DNA of 64,000 bases from a virus (Duplodnaviria; Caudoviricetes). This document shows, one piece after another, positions 59,700 through 64,000 of the stretch (positions are counted from its first letter, which is position 1; every line of letters starts with the position of its first letter). The notes below the pieces were generated by a model that was not told the DNA's origin, made no database searches, and saw only the letters and a program-made list of their open reading frames with translations. The stretch covers positions 1 to 64,000 of the IMG/VR virus record IMGVR_UViG_3300044259_000056. One strand, given 5' to 3'. The translations under genes were made by a program, and so were the position numbers.

Positions 59700-60134
59700 A
59701 TGACAGCTATCCATTCCCAATATTTTGTAACTGAAAATGGTCAGGTTCATACTTTTTATCGTGATAGCCAAACTTCCACAACAGGAAAAGATATCAGTAC
59801 TACAGGAGGGCCTATAATCAGTTTTAAAGATGGTTCGCATTATGAGTTATATAACAGTGTAAAAGCTGCTATGATTAGTGTTGAAGGCCTTTTTGATGAA
59901 AAGTATGCTTTTGTTGATGAGGATGGTGTTATTCACAGTCTAAATAAAGATTTAAGCAAAAGTACCTATGGCACCGAGAGTCATCATATGAAAATCCGGG
60001 TAGAAAAAGTAAAAAGAGTAAATGGATTAGACTTCGAAATGTTTTCTCTCGTTGATCCAGACGGAGAGTATCCAGACGACGCTGGATTTGTGATTTGGGA
60101 GCCGTATTTACTTGCCAAAGAACTTGATGCTTAG
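59700..60134 (+). CDS. Hypothetical early protein
   Basis: 144 aa with SD AAGGA. Confidence 0.7.
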   Translation: MTAIHSQYFVTENGQVHTFYRDSQTSTTGKDISTTGGPIISFKDGSHYELYNSVKAAMISVEGLFDEKYAFVDEDGVIHSLNKDLSKSTYGTESHHMKIRVEKVKRVNGLDFEMFSLVDPDGEYPDDAGFVIWEPYLLAKELDA

Positions 60135-60271
60135 ATAGAAGTTTGTCTAAATGGAGGCCATATGTAGGGGAGAAAACCCCTCAAGCAGATTATCTTTACG
60201 ATGAAGATGATATCAAAATGGTTCTTTGTTGCAGTATTTATTCTATTAAATAATTTTTGAAGAGGTGAGAT

Positions 60272-60610
60272 ATGGGGTATTATACAAATTTTACTATTGA
60301 AATCAAAGATGCACCGTGTTCACCAGTAACAAGGTACGACTTAGACCTAATCGCAGTTAGATTTAAAGAAGTGTCTCATCAATCCTTTTATGTTGAAGGT
60401 TCAAGCCTTGGATTAGATGAATCTAAGTGGTATAGACATGAAGAGGACTTAAAGAGAATTAGTTTAGAGTACCCTAGTTACTTGTTCACTGTTTACGGTG
60501 AAGGGGAGGACACAGAAGATTTATGGGTAAAGTATTTCTTAAATGGAAAGATGCAATCTGAGAAAGCAGAAATAACGTATAAAGAATTTGACGCAAGTAA
60601 ACTAGTATAA
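60272..60610 (+). CDS. Conserved phage hypothetical protein
   Basis: MGYYTNFTI...KWYRHEEDL..IS..YP..LF...GEGED..DLW. Confidence 0.75.
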   Translation: MGYYTNFTIEIKDAPCSPVTRYDLDLIAVRFKEVSHQSFYVEGSSLGLDESKWYRHEEDLKRISLEYPSYLFTVYGEGEDTEDLWVKYFLNGKMQSEKAEITYKEFDASKLV

Positions 60611-60619
60611 GGGTTTCTC

Positions 60620-60859
60620 ATGGGTAGGTCTTTTAAAGATGCTGAGTTGAAAACACTTCCTGACCCACATCATAATGGATTTTGGCATTGGGGTTGGGAC
60701 GGTGAAAAGTTATGGATAAAATCTCGTATAGCAAAGAAATATTGGACTCAAGTTAAAAAGATAAAAGCAACCCCAGATAGGGTTGGAGCTATCATGAAGT
60801 TAACTGATGGGAAAGGTCTAAAGAACCTTAAATTTAGAAACAGGAGTCAATTCTTTTAA
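60620..60859 (+). CDS. Hypothetical protein
   Basis: 79 aa. Confidence 0.6.
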   Translation: MGRSFKDAELKTLPDPHHNGFWHWGWDGEKLWIKSRIAKKYWTQVKKIKATPDRVGAIMKLTDGKGLKNLKFRNRSQFF

Positions 60860-61062
60860 AATGAAAAAAATTTAAAAGTTCTGTGGTCTTTTCAAAAGAA
60901 GACTCTTATGGTGTGAAGAGTAATCTTATGAAAAACTATGATAATCAAGTAAAGGTGTTATCTAATGGGTATCGTAAGGGACTTCTTCCGAGAGGAAAGG
61001 CTTTTATGAATCTCTGGCGTATACAGTTAGACCTATTTAAATAAATCAGGAGTAAAGTAAAA

Positions 61063-61308
61063 ATGAATTATAAAAATCAAGTAACAAATTATGATGAATT
61101 TGAAGATGGTAAGTTATATTGGGTTAAGGAGAAAGACTTAGATCGGAATTGGGAGTTCTTGCACACAACCGACCACCGGGACACGTTACCCGACGCGTTC
61201 AAAAGCGAACGCATTTGGTTGATCGTTTCTCCGATAAACCCGAATCTGCTCCTGTTGTTTATACCATTTAAGGAAACAGAATCTGAAAAGGAAACGGTAT
61301 CATCATGA
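61063..61308 (+). CDS. Hypothetical protein
   Basis: 81 aa with SD AGGAG; GC content shifts mid-gene. Confidence 0.6.
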   Translation: MNYKNQVTNYDEFEDGKLYWVKEKDLDRNWEFLHTTDHRDTLPDAFKSERIWLIVSPINPNLLLLFIPFKETESEKETVSS

Positions 61309-61505
61309 GCCCATGGCAAGCATACCTCTTATTTTATTTCACCCTGACATTCATCGTCTGGTTTATTGCCTGGAAAGATGTACGAAGCATACGTCGACGT
61401 AGATGGAAAGTCTGGACACTGTTTGTTCTGGCTGGGATTTTTTGGCCAGTTACTATCGTGGTGTTAATCGTGTTAACCAAAACCTGTCCTCGGTGGAATC
61501 CCTGA
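61305..61505 (+). CDS. Small two-TM membrane protein
   Basis: Two hydrophobic helices flanking RRRRWK; ATGA overlap with the upstream gene. Confidence 0.65.
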   Translation: MSPWQAYLLFYFTLTFIVWFIAWKDVRSIRRRRWKVWTLFVLAGIFWPVTIVVLIVLTKTCPRWNP

Positions 61506-61816
61506 TGCCTAAATTTCAACGCAGCCACGGCCCGCATAAATCAGACCACGGCATTGAGTGCGAGATACTGAAGTTACGGATACTTGCTCAGGCCGATTCA
61601 TTACGAGGATGTGCGGCTAAAATCCGAAAACAGAAAGGGTTGTTAAAACATTTTCAATCACTTTATCAAATCAGTAAAAGTCATCAAGATAAAGCCAAGA
61701 TAGAAAATACCCAACTGACATTAGACCGCCTTGTCAGCATTCATCAAATGCAAGTGAAAGAACAAGTTAAGATGAAAGCCGAATATACTAAATTGTATCA
61801 AAAAGTTTATAAGTAA
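61403..61816 (+). CDS. Hypothetical coiled-coil protein (true start probably near 61505)
   Basis: The 5' part of the track ORF overlaps the membrane gene. Confidence 0.55.
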   Translation: MESLDTVCSGWDFLASYYRGVNRVNQNLSSVESLMPKFQRSHGPHKSDHGIECEILKLRILAQADSLRGCAAKIRKQKGLLKHFQSLYQISKSHQDKAKIENTQLTLDRLVSIHQMQVKEQVKMKAEYTKLYQKVYK

Positions 61817-62027
61817 GAAAAGTTTTATTATTATGAGGACTTGAGAAAAAGTTTGATAAAAGATTATAGAGAGAAAGAATATCAACTCAGAAGTCAACTC
61901 TTAGATGCTGCTGGTGTATCTTTTCATAAGATCGCCTCGAAGGAAGATGAGGATATTTATCGTGGAATTATAAATAAGTATTATAAATCAATAACTTGAT
62001 TACTTTAGTTTATGAGAGAAAACTTTT

Positions 62028-62333
62028 ATGGCAGATATTTTTAAAATCTTTCTTATTTTCATGCCTATTTTGTTAGGTATATGGTATTATGATAGAAAGT
62101 TAAAGCAGGAAAATAAGATTCTTGTTCTGTCTGGTTACCCTAAAGGATGTAAGACATTTCTTAAGATTTATCATCAAAGAGATATTGACAAGTGGGTGTT
62201 TGAGTGGGATAATTGTAGATTTTGTGAATTAGCTAAAACTCAATACAGGTGTGGAATGGAATCTGGTAAATTAGCAAATACTAAGGAAATACAATATGCT
62301 TTTAAGCTTTTACAAGAAAGAGGATTAATGTGA
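62028..62333 (+). CDS. Hypothetical protein with N-terminal TM
   Basis: 101 aa. Confidence 0.65.
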   Translation: MADIFKIFLIFMPILLGIWYYDRKLKQENKILVLSGYPKGCKTFLKIYHQRDIDKWVFEWDNCRFCELAKTQYRCGMESGKLANTKEIQYAFKLLQERGLM

Positions 62334-62704
62334 TGGATATCAAAGATTTTGTAGTAGGTAAAACAATTTATGCTATCCCAACAGGAAATAATGTACGTAT
62401 TGAAAAGGGCATTGTTACTTTCAAAGTCATATCTGTTAAACGGAAGTATGTTGAACTCCAACACCAATTTTATAGTGTAACAGCACTGTATGATCCTAAA
62501 ACTGGTGCAACACAATCGGAGATGCAAGCTGGTTATGGTTCTGATGCAGGGTATATTTTCTTTAAGACTGAAAATAGTTATAAAGAGTATATTAAAATGT
62601 GTTCTTTCATTAGCAGATATATAGGTTATAATTTCAGTAAAATGAAACCTGAAACTATCAAGTTAATAGCTAAAGATTTAGGATATGAATCTGATGAACA
62701 ATAG
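62330..62704 (+). CDS. Conserved phage hypothetical protein
   Basis: VGKTIY...VISVKRKYVEL pattern. Confidence 0.7.
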   Translation: MMDIKDFVVGKTIYAIPTGNNVRIEKGIVTFKVISVKRKYVELQHQFYSVTALYDPKTGATQSEMQAGYGSDAGYIFFKTENSYKEYIKMCSFISRYIGYNFSKMKPETIKLIAKDLGYESDEQ

Positions 62705-63152
62705 GCAATTTCTTAAAACAATCAACTTCTTTAACAATTATAGTTCAGTACCAGTAGAAGGTATTTATAAGTCAACACCTTCAGACTTAAATAAACATAA
62801 CTTTACTGGTATTTATGAAGAATCAAGACAAAAACGTTACAGGTCTATTCAGACTATTAGGGATTGTACAGAAATTTTAGAAGAATTTAAAAGTTATAAT
62901 TTACCTTATACTATTCAGGTTCGAAGGTTGACAGTGAGAACAGAGAAAAATTCTCAACACTTTGTTATTACACTAAAAGAGACAATCATCGGTGATTGTT
63001 GTTCTGTTAAACCTCTTGGGGAAGGTAGAGTGATAAGAGATATGTTTAGATTCACAGTGAAACCCAATAAACAATATCCTGAAATTACTTTACCGCAACA
63101 GGACTTGGATAAGATTATTAGCGTCATAAAAGATTTCTTATCTAAATTCTAA
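62685..63152 (+). CDS. Hypothetical protein
   Basis: 155 aa. Confidence 0.65.
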   Translation: MNLMNNRQFLKTINFFNNYSSVPVEGIYKSTPSDLNKHNFTGIYEESRQKRYRSIQTIRDCTEILEEFKSYNLPYTIQVRRLTVRTEKNSQHFVITLKETIIGDCCSVKPLGEGRVIRDMFRFTVKPNKQYPEITLPQQDLDKIISVIKDFLSKF

Positions 63153-63215
63153 TCTTGATAAACCTTCTACTGTATGGTGTAGTCAATCAACTTAAACAAG
63201 AAATGAGAGGAACAA

Positions 63216-63422
63216 ATGAAAATTGTATTTGATAAAACAACATGTATTTTTAGTAATATTGAAGAAAATACAACTTTCCTATATAAAGATGATTTATACC
63301 TTAAGGTTATTAGCACAAAAGATGAACCTTGTAATGCTGTTAACTTGGGCTTGGGGTATAAAACTGAATTCATTTATGATACTTTGGTGGTTCCTGTTGA
63401 ATGTGAGGTAATCGTTAAATGA
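63216..63422 (+). CDS. Hypothetical protein
   Basis: 68 aa with SD GAGG. Confidence 0.7.
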   Translation: MKIVFDKTTCIFSNIEENTTFLYKDDLYLKVISTKDEPCNAVNLGLGYKTEFIYDTLVVPVECEVIVK

Positions 63423-63742
63423 AAGGTTCAATCATTATAAACAATGTAGATTTTGAGTTAACAGAGTCTGAGAAAGATAAAATTTTCAAAGAGAAACTTG
63501 AAAAGTATGAAATTGACATACTCCTATTAGAGGTTGAAAAGAAATGGAAGCAGTCTAGAGGTGTTCCTGTGGATGCAGACGTTTTTGTCAGAGAGAAGTA
63601 TTGGCAGGTTTGGGAAGATCATGGAAATCACTACTCAGGTTGGGCAACACCAAACAATCCTGTTGAAGTCACAGAGCATGATAAGGTTGTAATGAAACTT
63701 TTCAAAACTTTGAAAAATGAAATTAACAAACTCCCATTTTAG
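63419..63742 (+). CDS. Hypothetical protein
   Basis: 107 aa, ATGA overlap. Confidence 0.7.
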   Translation: MKGSIIINNVDFELTESEKDKIFKEKLEKYEIDILLLEVEKKWKQSRGVPVDADVFVREKYWQVWEDHGNHYSGWATPNNPVEVTEHDKVVMKLFKTLKNEINKLPF

Positions 63743-63761
63743 GGTGTATATCATAAGATAA

Positions 63762-63870
63762 AACATGAATCAAAAATAAGGTGTCTAAACAAGATTACAA
63801 GGCATTTTAATATGTAGACATAGGGTAGCTTGGGTGTGTAGTAGAAAACCTTACACAGTTGATTTTAAGT
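63762..63870. repeat. Quasi-palindromic intergenic element, copy 2
   Basis: Shares 16-, 12- and 9-nt motifs with 3930-4095. Confidence 0.65.
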
Positions 63871-64000
63871 GGGTTAAAATTGACTAAAGTTTTATCTGCA
63901 AGGTTATGGGTGACAGTGAAATAATTTATCAAAAGACTGGACTCTAACTCTCCAATATCAACAATTGAAACCTTAGACCATTTGATTAGTTTGTGTGATG

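Overview
The window is 64 kb of an AT-rich, apparently virulent contractile-tailed (myovirus) phage genome, probably infecting Enterobacterales. That host inference rests on the lambda-R-type endolysin with spanins, Tfa and tail-collar fibres, rIIA/rIIB, and near-absence of CCWGG. No integrase, repressor, tRNA or CRISPR was recognised. In order, it contains small leftward early genes, an iteron/AT-rich origin candidate with an HTH initiator and a frameshifted Pif1/RecD-like helicase, a putative terS followed by a structured non-coding stretch, the lysis cassette, and the head, tail and baseplate operons (10.8-36.6 kb). After these come a leftward replication block (SSB, split family-A DNA polymerase, primase-helicase), rIIA/rIIB and early genes, an isolated second tail-fibre operon, and more early genes. 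The main result, missed by the ORF track, is four group I introns in virion genes: terL (inside Walker A), portal, and two in the tape measure gene separated by a 16-nt micro-exon. Their splice junctions are supported by P1/IGS and P7 pairings and restore conserved motifs in frame. Three of the introns share long identical blocks, and the portal intron is a mosaic of the two TMP introns. The replication genes instead carry two LAGLIDADG inteins, and the polymerase is split between motifs A and B. All calls are by-eye; no folding, HMM or database search was run.
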